Below the pieces are notes generated by a model. The model was not told the DNA's origin. It saw nothing but the letters and a program-made list of their open reading frames with translations, and ran no database searches. Below are positions 23,558 to 35,736 of a stretch of DNA of 64,000 bases, in pieces. The first letter of the stretch is position 1. The number at the start of each line of letters is the position of its first letter. This DNA is from Psilocybe cubensis (Eukaryota). Both the position numbers and the translations under genes were made by a program. The stretch spans positions 2,666,001 through 2,730,000 of the forward strand of contig CM039004.1 of the NCBI GenBank assembly GCA_017499595.2. The letters are read 5' to 3'.

Positions 23558-23661
23558 TGTGGGTCTTAAAGACTGTTAATCGATGTTCATCTCACTTAAT
23601 TTATCATCTTAACTTGTGATAATTTATTTTTAGATACTACACAACCTATTACTATGATAAG

Positions 23662-23806
23662 ACGCTATGATGAACGGAAAGAGAAAACATATGGTGAGAA
23701 ACACGCTATTTCCGGAGCGATTCTTTAGGGAAACCTACCCTAAAGAATCGCTCCGGAAATAGCGTGTTTCCAACTTGATTGTTTTTCTTTCCGTTCGTCA
23801 TAGCGT
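23662..23806. repeat. Long inverted repeat / hairpin
   Basis: Perfect 33-bp stem 23698-23730 / 23738-23770 with the loop AAACCTA, plus an outer imperfect stem acgctatgatgaacggaaag / ctttccgttcgtcatagcgt. Confidence 0.95.
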
Positions 23807-24176
23807 AGTACCCCTCCCCATAGATTTAACATACATTCTAATAAAATAGACATAGACAATACTCTAGACACTCTATAATAGTTTTCGTTCAGTTAAAATT
23901 CATCTAGTTGAAAATTTGAGACACCAGAAAAAAACACACAAAAAAAAGTAAGTACCCAAAGAAATAGAATGCAGGGTGAGACGTTGAAGTTTTGTAGTGC
24001 AAGCCCAGAAGATTTCCCCCGTTGCCCGACTCCAAGCTGAAGAAATTCTGGCGTTTCCCTTCGAAACGCAGGTCGTTCGTCAGACTCTGGAAAACATGTT
24101 GCCAGAGTCGCACCCACTCCGCGTAGGTCTTAATTGGATTGCCATTTATGGTACTAATATCAAGTTTCTGTAGAGG

Positions 24177-27100
24177 ATGGTGGATTTCCTCCGACGATAT
24201 GAGGACTTCACCTTTTTGAATTACGATGTTTCATCATCGAGCATGCGAGCGGCCATCAAGTATAGGCAAAGCTTGGCTGCCCTTCAGAACAGCATCGTAG
24301 AGACACCCTGCGTAACCTCGGCTACATGGGAGCAGGCGGGTAGCTTATTTGCAGCATACCGTCTACTCGATCTCGTAGCGTTGTGGCCAGCAGCCTTTGG
24401 ACCATCGTTGCCGGTGACCGTGCCCCTGAATGAAATACAGGCCAGCACAGGAACTAAGGAAATATTTTCACGGTTCAAGGTATGCGATCATGAAGTCACT
24501 CAATGTTAATTCTTAATTTTCAAACAATTATTGTAGCTTGTAGATGACTTGAAGGACTGGCCGGCAATGCTCTGCTCTGCCAGGAAGCGCATCCTCAGAG
24601 CCGACTCTAAGTCGCACAGAAACATCAACACCCCTTCTATCAGTGACACGCCGTCATCCGCTTTCACCCAGGGCGGGCCCTCGGAATCAACGCTATTACT
24701 CTGTCTGGCGCGTAACCACTTCAAGGGTGTTGTGGGGAAAATAATCGGGAATGTGTACTGCGCCTCGCTACACTACCAAATCTTGTCAGGAATGCGCGGT
24801 ATGAAGGACGATGAACACGTTCTACCAGACATTCCAACGGACACGGCTACTCTTGCAAATCTCTAGTAAGTTTTCTTTCCTCTATTCATTGATACAATCT
24901 GCTCAACATACCCTAGTGCAAGCGGCCATCCTGATGCTGCGTTGTTCCTCTCAGAGGTCACGCCATCTCATTTAAAAATTCCTCTGCATGTCGCCCTTTT
25001 CATATCCCCCATCCTTCTTTTTGTGAATAAATCTTGGTATTCTAAGAAATGTGACCGGGAGCAGCTGCTTAAAGTAGGTGTATCCACATCCTCCCAGTTT
25101 AACTTGGATTAACGCACTCCTTTAGGCCTCAAAAGCGCTCGGTAATTGTCGCCCCCGTGTTCTGCGTGAAGTGGAGATGGAAATTTGGAAAATCATTGCA
25201 GCGCAAAATTGCGACATCCAGTCAGCCTTATATAAACTTGTTATCTCAGACTGCTGGATGGAATGCGAGCGGGTAATTGCACAAGATCCCGCGTTTCACT
25301 TTTTCATATGTGTGTTCTACGTACTGTAACAAAATAACAATTTAAACTAATAATTGGCCAGCGTCAACGAGCAGCGCCGAGGTTACAGCAAATTCTAACC
25401 TAGCAAGGCGCAGCACTGAACCACACGGTAAGTTATAAGCAAAGTCTGCGTCAATTACATGATTTAAATCCGTTTAAAACAGCTCAACTTCAGACCGTTT
25501 CCCATCATGGTGAAAAAACCACCTGTGAAGGGTCCGACGCAGACGCGGAGGGTGACGATGATCACGAAGTGGACACGACAGAAATGGTCAGCATGGGTCA
25601 ACGGGAGAACGGGGACAATACGGTCCCTACCTCAAATATACAGCCTCCGGAAGACACGTCTTCAGTGGCTGGCAAGGATGTCAGCATGGGTCAACAGGAG
25701 AACGGGGACAATACGGTCCCTACCTCAGATATACAGCCTCCGGAAGACACATCTTCGGTGGCTGGCAAGGATGTGCCCACGGACGAGCAACCTGGTTTGC
25801 CGCGGAGTGATGATATTGGATCTGGTCTACTTCAGACTGAGAATACTGGGCCCTCATCTGCAGGGGATTGTGAGATGAACGTCGATCCGGAGCAAGCTGA
25901 TGTCGACCATCAAATGGAGGATGGTCCACATACCAATGGTCCAGAAAATTTGGGAGATGGCGGGGCTGGACAAGGAGCTGAAGGGTCTTCTGACGAGGCA
26001 AATCGTATGTCGGAAGTTCACGAGGGCGAAAAGCAGGGGCAAGACGGAGAACGACCCGACGAGGAGAACCGAATGTCAGAAGATGGTGAGGAGGAAAGGC
26101 CAGACGACAGTTCGTCGGACAATGAGACCGAGAAGCAGGGGCAAGGGGATGTTCCACCAGTCCAGGAGGACAGAATGTCGGTCGATGGAGAGGGGGTAGG
26201 CCCAGAGCAAAACAATGATTCCTCAGACATGGAGAGGAATACATTGGAAGACAGCCAAGGCGAAAAGGAGGGGGAGAACGCACCTCCTGCTCCTCTTATT
26301 TTGAGGATTCCTCCTGTTTCCCAGATAAACAGGAGCAAAAACACCACGGCTGACTCCTCTCAGAAAGGGAAAGGGAAGGGCCGGCAGGGCCTTTCCAAGC
26401 GGCCTCCCAAACGCAAGCCGACGCAGGCTACCGACACATTTGATTCGGACGACGACCTGTGTATTGATGTCGATCTGTACGACAGCAACACCACCCTTGA
26501 TGTCGTCAGCACTCCGGAGAAGGTGTATGGCACCAAAGTTTGGTCCACCTACAACGGTCGTGGCCAACTTAAAAGTTTCTGCGTTGTTGCCCATGTAAGT
26601 CATTCTCGATATTGATTTTTTCGTCATTTATTTATTCTCCAAACAAGAGTCAAGCCGACGTGGATCGTGTTGAAAGGGTTCTGGAATTGGTCGAGAGTGA
26701 CTACGTCGATGGAGTTCCATTGCACATAGCACGTCCCGAAGAATCATGTTTTGCGGTATTCGACCGCAGCACCACGAAATCCATGTATCTGATGGAGTCT
26801 TTCTCTGAAAGGAACGTCGTCCTTATGTCTCCTTCTCAAGAGGAGTCTATTTCAACTTGCTCCGACGAGTTCTACAGCCAGGTACGTCGCCATATGGGTG
26901 ATATGACGAGCACCAGGTCAATCCAAGGTGTGTTTCCTCTTCGATGTTTTGATTTTTCTTTCTGCGTCTCATGCTAATGGCCGTAACAGATATGTCGACC
27001 ATGTCGTCTAACCCCATCGAGAGGATTAAGCGTGGGTCCCTCTCTCAGGTCATGGAAGCAGCGAGGATGAAAGGCAAAAGAGGAAAGATCCTCAATGCCC

Positions 27101-28659
27101 TCGACATCCCTTTACCTCATGCAGGCGCTCACTCTTTTGACTTGAGTACTGAGGCGGCTGCTCTTCGGGCTACATCTGGTAGCTGGAAGTATAGTACCCC
27201 CGTCCCATTTGGTGATATGTCATGGGGACTCGTAGCTACAGAGGGGGCATTTTCAGATATCCATATCGATGCCAATGGTTTCTGTTCCTTCATCCAACCT
27301 CTTCATGGACTGAAGCTGTGGATTATCATGTATCCCAGACGGTTGGATGTTGACCTTTCTTCTGACCGCCGTGTATTTCTGGGAGACAAGCTGGATTACG
27401 GGGAAATGCACCACCAAGACTGGATTTACGAGGCGATTGTTCTCGATAACCAGTCAGAACTGTATGTGATTTTTGAATGTCCTACCCATTTGATTATATT
27501 GACGCTACTTTGAAAAACAGCTTCATGAGACCGAATACTCTACATATGGCGTATTCTATCTCCTCAGTGGTTTGCCGTGGCGGACATTTTTACTCCTCCA
27601 CTTCCTTCGAAGAAACCCTGACAGGAATCATTCACTGTTTTACCGCTGGATACAGGGCAACGAATACGAATCATTCAACGTCCCGATTTTTCCTGCAGCA
27701 AACCATACATTGGTTCTACAAGGTTTTGGTTGAAGGTGACAGCGACCCAGAAGGTATGAGGTTTTTTACCGTTTCCTACAAGATATCTGATTCTTTTCTT
27801 CTATTTTCTCTCAGATTTTTATGAAATGTACCATGTCCCATTCTACAGTACGCAGTCCGGATACTCGAGCTTGATAGCTCTGTGCGTGTGCATGATCTTG
27901 GCAAATGCGCTCGACTACGAGACCTATCGAAATCCCGATCAGATGTTCTCCACCAAGACTTCGGCACAGTTAGACGCATGGATGCGGTGGGATACCAACA
28001 GCCTGAGCGACGAAGAGCGCAAGGCGTGCATCTTTGCCCGTGGCGAAGCCTTGGCTATTCTAGAGTGGCTATGTCATCGCACGAAGTCCATCCACTACAT
28101 GATTGAGACGGACAAAAACAAGGATGCACAAAATATCATGGCGACAGAAAAGTTCCATGAAATGATACTTTGCCGCTATGCCCGTATGATTCTAGCCTAC
28201 GACGCAGAAGCCAAACATAACAACATTGGTGGTGCCCCTTGCTGTACCGACACCAGTTTGCTTTTTGTCCAGCTTCAGGGCGTCTGCAGCGGAGAATTGA
28301 ACAAGGTTATATGTCGCAGTATCGACCAGCTTCCTCGTTCCTCGGTCCCAAAGATGCTCAAGTTACCCGTAATCACTCTCATTGACTGTGATGCCTGTGC
28401 GGATTCCTCAACGCAATTGAGTAGGTGGACCAGTGTCTGCCTTTGGATATTCACTAACCACGTCACAAACTAGGAACTCCCAAGGAGATTCTGGAACTTG
28501 GTACAAGTGTGAGGGATAAACTGTATCTGGATGGCATGAAAGTCAAGCTGGAGAGCACAAATCCGAGTACGTGTGTTCGATTATGCCTTTACGTCGCAAA
28601 TGCTTATCTCTTCATCAGAATCAGAGTCTGTTCCGCCTTCTAAACGACGGCGACTTTGA
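24177..28659 (+). CDS. Multi-exon JmjC-domain (Fe/2-oxoglutarate oxygenase) protein with a long acidic disordered region
   Basis: WGLVATEGAFSDIHIDANGFCSFIQPLHGLKLW and FMRPNTLHMAYSISSVVCRGGHFY give HxD..K..H in JmjC spacing. The last exon ends PPSKRRRL*. Exons are linked by GT..AG introns; the 5' end is uncertain. Confidence 0.75.
25587..25772 (+). repeat. 93-bp in-frame tandem duplication (31 aa)
   Basis: VSMGQ(R/Q)ENGDNTVPTS(N/D)IQPPEDTSSVAGKD occurs twice. Confidence 0.95.
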
Positions 28660-29130
28660 TATTGTACAACACATTGACACACATCTTGATTTACATACAT
28701 GCCATGTTTTATTTAGTACTGAAAGGCGTGTATGTCCTGTAACATAATGACGATTGTTTTATTATCTGTAGTTGTGTGCTGCTCGTATCGCCAGACCAAT
28801 ACGCAAATTCTCGCTGGGATGAAAGCTTCTGGCTTTACTGTAACTGCTGTGCGTTTGAATTTATCATCAAGGTCAATGAAATCAACTAACTTACGTTTGT
28901 TGATGCTTCTTCCACCCACTTCAAAAAATGTGTTAGTGTCTTTGTTCTGGTGCGTATATACAGTAAAGCTCTTCCGAAGCCCTCCTTGGATTGTACTACG
29001 GATTGGTTGAATACTAACCCATGTGAAATTTGTTTGTATTAACGGAGACATAATCAGATAACATTTATAGACCCACTGCACGTTACTGAACATTACATTA
29101 TCAGTTTTTTTTTCGTATCTTCGCTTTTGT

Positions 29131-32100
29131 ATGAGTCGTTGTTTCAACATGGGAAAGGGCAAGGGCAAGAGAACTCAGGAAATCTGTGTGCGTTGTCCTC
29201 GATGCAACAAGCCATTCGCTAAGCATGCAGATGTCCAAAATCACATCAATCAACCAAAATCGGCATGTCGTTTTCAATATGAGAACGTTATGCATTTTCA
29301 GTCCAATCGTTCAAGCTCTACATCTAGATCAGCAACCCCCGTATCTCGAGACCCTTCTCCCGAAATTGGTAATTTTATGGAAGTGGACTATATCGACAAT
29401 TTTCTTGGCGCGTCATCAGAGATGGAAGATGACCCACCCCCCAAGGCATCAAAATACAACTATCCGTACGTGAAGGAGGATTATAACGGGGCTGGAAGAG
29501 CATTTGGAACAGGCCTTACATTCATGGATCAGCTCAAACAGGATCAATTCGAACCCCAGCGGGCGGAAAATTTGTACTATCCTTTTGCCTCGAAAGATGA
29601 ATGGGAGCTCTCCCTGTTCCTACTTCGCTCTGACATGAGCGTAGGAATGCTGAATGATTTTTTGAAACTTGAACTGGTAATTGAGCGTACATTCCCATCA
29701 TTATTTATTTCAGCTGAGTCGATCCCGTATAGATAAAAAAACTCAACTTGTCCTACAAGTCGGCAAAAGATCTACGCAACCGGGCAGAGATCCTTCCCTC
29801 TGGTCCGCAGTGGAAGAGTCAAACGATCATACCAGAAATACCAAGCAAAAATCAGCTAACGCTTTTTTACCGCGATGGATTGGAATGTATCAAGGCGCTT
29901 CTCATCAGTCCCTTGCTCCAAGATAGCATGCACTTTAGCCCATTCAAGCTCTTCGACAAGTGCAACGAGATGATGCGGGTATACACTGAGTGGTTTAGCG
30001 GTGACATTGCGCATTTTATGCAGGTTAGTAGCAATGCCTTTGTCCAAGTTTGACGACAGTATAACAAGGTTCCCAAGGACCAGCTCCCAAAAGGAGCAAC
30101 ACTTGTACCTCCTATTATTTCCACGGATAAAACCAACATTTCCAACATGACCGGAGGCCGTGTCGCCTACCCTGGCCTTATCAGCATTGCCAACATAATG
30201 ATGAACGTTAGAAACAAATCGTCAAATCATTTATTCCTTCTTTTTGTTCTTCTTCCCATACCAAAGTTTCTTCATCGCTCCAAAGCTGTGAATGGGATGA
30301 TGGCAGCACGGCTATATCACCAGTGCATGGACATTGCTCTAGAATCGGTCAAACAAACTGCGAGGGTGGGAACCACCATGGCAGATGCATTGGGGAATAA
30401 TCGTTTCTGCTTTACACCGCTTGCTGCCCTTATCGTTGATACTCCAGAATCTGCTCTGGCGGCTTGCATCGCAGGATCCACATCCTCTGTGACGTTGGCA
30501 CAATACGAGACGTTTGGGGATTCCTTTCGCCACCCTTCCCGAACTGCAGATCATACAATCAACACCATCATGGCCATCAACAATGTTAAGCCCCCTAATC
30601 ATCTCGAACCATATCTAAAAGAAAGCAAAAAGCACCGTCTCAATGGGGTTCACCTACCGTTTTGGAGAGATTGGCCCTTGTCTGATCCTTCTGCATTCCT
30701 TACGCCTGAACCCCTTCATCACTGGCACAAGATGTTCTGGGATCATGATGCAAAATGGTGCATTGCTGCAGTCGGAGGTTCCGAATTGGATTTTCGATTT
30801 TCGATTTTACAGCACCGCACTGGTTTCCGACACTTCAAGGAAGGGATTTCTTCCTTGAAACAAGTGACCGGTAGGGAACATCGGGACGTTCAGCGATACA
30901 TTGTTGCTCTCATTGCAGACACAGTCAGTACACCCTTTATCTTAGCCATCCGGTCTCTGATGGACTTTCGGTATCTCGCACAATCTCAAACAATCTCCGA
31001 GGCAATGTGTCTCAGAATTGAGCAGGCACTGCAAGATTTCCATGCCAATAAACAAGCCATCCTTGACGCGGGAGCACGTCGAGGTAAAAAAAACAACCCA
31101 ATCGATAATTTCTATATTCCAAAACTCGAGTTTTTGCAAAGTGTAGTACACGCAATTAGACTAAATGGATGTGCAATCCAATGGTCTGCAGACACGACAG
31201 AGCATGCACATATCGAGGTGGTCAAAGCCCCTTCCAGTTCCAGCAATAATCAAAGATACGAGCCTCAAGTTTGTCGATACCTTGATCGTCGTGACAAATT
31301 GCGCAATTTCGATTTGTTTACAGCTATACGAGAAATGAGGATTGATTTTCGGGCTATACACTCTGCAACAATTACGGATGAGGAGGAGCAGGAGGAGGGG
31401 GATGAGGGGGAGGAAAACGGCGAGGTTGTGATGGACACAACGTCAGAACTTCTTTCAACAATCATGCCGATGACAACCTTTCAATCAGCAAAGTCCAATC
31501 GCATTGTGGATTACTTCTACAAAGCTAGTCTCTATGAGCGTGGCGTATTGGAAGGCCCAGTCCCCTACAGAACATTTTCTTGCAGCAAAAACGTTGTTGC
31601 CCATTTATCTAGGGATGCTAGTTCCAAAAGATTGCATATCGACGAGGTTGCGAGCATTTTTAAAATTCCCGACCTACGACCAGCAATTGCCGATTATGTG
31701 TCACTCATCAATAAGGAATCAAATCCGAGACAGACCAATTCTCGAGGTTATCACATCAAGGGGATAACTGGCAGGCGTGTTTCTCCTCCCGGTTGTCCGT
31801 TGCCGTATTCAAAACTTGAGGTATGGCATAAGGTCCGTATACAGTCGACTGCGTACCAATACCCTCATGAGATCCTGGAGGCAGTCACACTTAATGCATA
31901 TCCGCCATCTAACAAACATCCTTTTGGATACTTCGATTCAGCAATCATAAACGTGGATGAATCTGAGGAGTGGCCTCGCAGCGGGCTTCAAGGTAGTACT
32001 TCTTTGTGACTTTTTTCCGAACCCCGTTGACCAGCCAATATTGTAGGCCATTCTGTCGTCGACATTCGTATTATTTTTCGCATTGTCGGAGAGACACCCA

Positions 32101-32435
32101 GTACTGTGTCTCCCGATATTACTGGAAGATTTCTCGCATACGTCCAACGTTTTGAGGTTTTAAATCAGCCACAGTCTCTAGGTTCTGCGATCCGTGGACC
32201 TTACCCAGAGCCAATAACCGGCATGTATAAATTAAAACGAAGTCAACGTACAGATAACACCATTATGGGTGGAATTTTACCATTGAATCAAATACGCTCC
32301 CTGGTTGATCTGGTCCCTCAGATGGGCGAGAAGGCAAGGCGAAGCCTTACTACACATAACAGTCATTCCACTAGCACCGAGTTCCGATTAAACAAATATT
32401 TTGACAAAGAACTCTATTTGGCCCTGTCATCATAA
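29131..32435 (+). CDS. Plavaka-family transposase with N-terminal zinc finger (multi-exon)
   Basis: CPRCNKPF..HINQPKSAC, YYPFASKDEWEL, LFYRDGLECI, RVYTEWFSGD, IISTDKTNISNMTGGRVAYP, PLAALIVDTPE, TPEPLHHWHKMFWDH, TGFRHFKEGISSLKQVTGREHR, FYIPKLE, WSADTTEHAHIEVVK, FRLNKYFD. Confidence 0.88.
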
Positions 32436-32475
32436 CATATCCACCTCAGGAAACCCACAAAGTTTTCAATCCCTA

Positions 32476-33010
32476 ATGCACATTGCCACTCAAATTATCA
32501 CCCAACACGCCGGCCTCGTTGTACACAAAGACGACTCGGATCAATATCAACAGCCGCTTCTCACCAGTCCCGCTTTCTCACACTGTATCATCGTCACCTA
32601 CTGCATATCCCTCCATCCATCTCATCTCTGCAGAATCAAGTCGTTCTCGCTCATCTTCCGCTCACCACCGCCCAAACTCCAAAGGATTCTTCCCAGAGTG
32701 CCTCTTCCTCTAAACAAAAATTCGCCTCCAGTCTTGTCGGTCCGTCCTGTCCTCAATTAGCGCCCATCTTGCCGGAGATACTCACTTTATTTTTTCAATT
32801 CCATTGCAGATTAAGCTGTCAGCACCTTATCTGAGATCTGGCGCCCTCAAGACATTCCCTCCCTATTTCTACCCACTGAAGTCCTTTGAGGATTGAGGAC
32901 ATCTGGAAACATACTGCAGACAGCACTATGTTATCTCGAAGCCATTCGTCCCAAGGTTCCCAAAATTTGCAAGAGGAAAGCATTGGCCTCTCTCCCACAA
33001 TCCATACCTG
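32476..33010 (+). pseudogene. Disrupted partial duplicate of the cyclin 5' region
   Basis: About 435-bp offset copy of 33061-33300 with the same intron (32740-32809), an in-frame TAA at 32812 where the second copy has CAA, and a fragment RTSGNILQTALCYLEAIRPKVP. Confidence 0.7.
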
Positions 33011-34119
33011 CCATGCCTCTGTATCATTACCTACTGAATACCCCTCCATCCGTCTCATTTCTGCAGAATCAAGTTGTTCTCACTCATCTATTCCACCCAC
33101 CACTGCGCAAATTCCAAAGGATTCTTCCCAGAGCGCCTCTTCTTCTAAACAAAAATTTTTTTCAAGGCTTGCCGGTCCGTCCTGTCCTCAATTAGCGCCC
33201 ACCTTGCCGGAGATACTCACTTTATTTTTTAAATTCCATTGCAGATCAAGCTGTCAGCACCTTGTCCGAGATCTGGCACCCTCAGGATATTCCTTCCGTG
33301 TTCCTACCCCCCGCCAAAGTAGGGGGTAGCTCTTTTCCTCCTACTCATTCCCGTCCAACTTCCAAGCAGATCTCTTCCGATTTGCAATCCATAGCGTCTC
33401 ATACACATCCAATACATCCACACAACAGTCATCCCTCCGTATCCGGCCATAACCCTTCCCCGACCCTCTTGCTTGCCTCGGGCACCAAATCCGATCAGAT
33501 ATTACCCCTCAAGTCTTTTGTTTATAAAGTCCTTCGCCACTCAAGGACATCTAAAAACGTACTGCAGATAGCACTATGTTATCTAGAATCCATTCGTCCC
33601 AAGGTCCCACAGATTTTGCAAGAGGAAAACATCGGCATTCGCTCTTATGCTCAGCCCAAAAGCAGTATTCAGAAAGCTACCCCAGAAGAGCTGGCGATGG
33701 ATGCTGAGCTTACTGCTCTTGAGAACTCCGGCAAGATCAACATCATCAATAATTTCATTGACAATTCTATGCAAACATTCCGTGTTGCCGATTCTGGTTC
33801 ACAAGATCTGGCTGAATCGTGCATCTATCCACAAGACTCTCTGTCCAGCGTAGATGTGCAGGTCTCAACGGCTCCTCTTTCCACCACCCTTTCTTTGCCA
33901 TCTCCCCTCCTGTGTCCCCGTAGAGCCTTTCTGGCATCCCTCATCCTGGCCTCCAAATTTTCACAAGAAAAGTGTTATTCTAACCGTGCTTGGGCAAGGT
34001 TATCTGGTCTCCCACCTCGTGAAATTAGTCGCTGCGAACGTGCCCTCGCACAAGCCTTGCAATGGCGACTCTGGGTCGGCAAATGCGCCTTTGGTGAGAG
34101 TGCTGCAACTGCCACATAG
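33011..34119 (+). CDS. Pho85-cyclin (PCL-type) family protein or fragment; intron 33175-33244; start codon unclear
   Basis: Cyclin box LKSFVYKVLRHSRTSKNVLQIALCYL and LLCPRRAFLASLILASKFSQEKCYSNRAWARLSGLPPREISRCERALAQALQWRLWVG. No clear in-frame ATG was found upstream of the box. Confidence 0.7.
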
Positions 34120-34363
34120 TCTCAATAAGTTTCAACTTTCACGACCGCGCCATGTAGTACGCATTCTCAATAATCACTCTCTTGCTTGCCACCACTACGC
34201 GCGCTCCTCCCGCATTCAGTTAGATAGGCATCTTCTTAGACTAGCCTAGAAAAATCTATAGAACTTTGTTTTACGTATACAGAACCCCTGAAGAATTTTT
34301 ATACCCGCGAAGTTTGTTTTCAGCTTGAATTCCAACTACGACAAAGTGAGCGTATCACACACC

Positions 34364-34914
34364 ATGCAAATCATCAGCTATGAGGAAATTTTACGAATCG
34401 AAGCAGAAGTATTGGCCCCTACTTTCCCAGATCTAATACATCCTACAACTTTCCCAGAGGCCGCCTCACTTGCTTCTCAAAGACAGCAATACGACTTGGA
34501 AATGGCTCAGTTAGTTGAGCAGACCCAAAAAATGGTCCTTTTGACCGAGAACAGGCTGATACTGGCCATCCTGGCCCTTTTCAACGAAATTAACTGGACC
34601 ACCCTGGACCCAAGGTTACTATCGTTGGCTAAAGCCAAGATTACCGAGGGTGACCAGTGGCTCAAAGCACGAGCCGTGAGTTTTCTGTTTCTTCAAGTTT
34701 CAAGTTGATACTCTTGCTTAAGATAACTAGGAGGAGACACTTCGGGATGCAGACTCAGGCAGCCCCGAGCACATATTGACCCAAGGGATGTCCATTATAG
34801 CCAACGGCCAGATTCATATTCGAACGGTAGAGGTGAGTCACAGTGATAACTACTTTGTTTCTACACTTTCTTAGTAATGGGCAGGATCTCATACGAGAAT
34901 GTCAGGATCATTAA
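34364..34914 (+). CDS. Small hypothetical helical protein (probably 3 exons)
   Basis: ORF from MQIISYEEILR with GTGAGT donors at ~34676 and ~34833 and matching AG acceptors; no recognisable domain. Confidence 0.4.
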
Positions 34915-35247
34915 TAGGGTCAAGATACTACATTGTAAATAGACACTTAATTGCCTTTAAAAATGTACATTTTATTGCTTGATATGATTGAAGAGCTTTA
35001 CTGAGACCAATCACATTGGACATCAAACTCTCCTAAGTCTGGAATCGTACATAGAGATAGCTAGGAAAATCCAAAGCTCGCAGTAGTAATGTTGGAATGC
35101 TACAGAGCTCAACGGAGCATCCCGCCGATGACACATGACGCTATACTGTCTACAGCCCACTTTGATGCTACATCCGGTTGGCAGGACAATACGTTGAGTT
35201 ACCTTCGAAAATCCGGATTTACTGATGTATAGTGTTGCCCTGACAGA

Positions 35248-35258
35248 AGATTGAAGCT
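35248..35258 (+). promoter_or_regulatory. Self-priming PBS (Tf1/sushi type)
   Basis: AGATTGAAGCT is the exact reverse complement of LTR 16938-16948 (AGCTTCAATCT), 34 nt downstream of the TATA start. No TGG tRNA-type PBS is present. Confidence 0.8.
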
Positions 35259-35736
35259 CTCTCAAGACAACTCCACCATCTCTCTTTCAACACCAAACTC
35301 TTCACCTCTTCAACCTCTTCAACACCATTACCTCAACCTTCTTCCTCCACTTCCAACCCACCAACCTCTTCATCAACCTCTCCACCAATCTTCTTACCAA
35401 TCTCTACATCTCCACCAATCTTCAACATCCTCCTCAAGACCTTTCCTCAAGACCTTTGGCTCATCATCTTTCCTACTCTCTGTTGTGTGCTGTGTGTGAA
35501 CTTAGTAGATAGGGATACCAACTGTTGGGGCAGACACAGTCCTACTAGTGTTCTGTTTTTGGTGGTCTAGGAAATATCCAGTAACCCTGTGATCCTAGGT
35601 TTAGAGCCCTGAGTGGTGTGACAACTGGGTATCCAGTAGATAGATATTTTTTTAGAATACTTAGTATAGTTTCAAGGGCACTTTCAGTAGATAGCTTCTC
35701 CCACACACACATCAGAGAGCCTACCTACCCCTACCC

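Larger units (their letters stand above)
17097..35227. mobile_element. Large Plavaka-type DNA transposon with cargo genes (18,131 bp)
   Basis: The empty site is visible in the intact 3' LTR (cactgat-TA-tagtgttg). TA is duplicated at 17095-17096 and 35228-35229. Imperfect TIRs are CATCAGcAAtaCCGG / CCGGatTTaCTGATG. The element encodes a Plavaka transposase. Confidence 0.92.
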
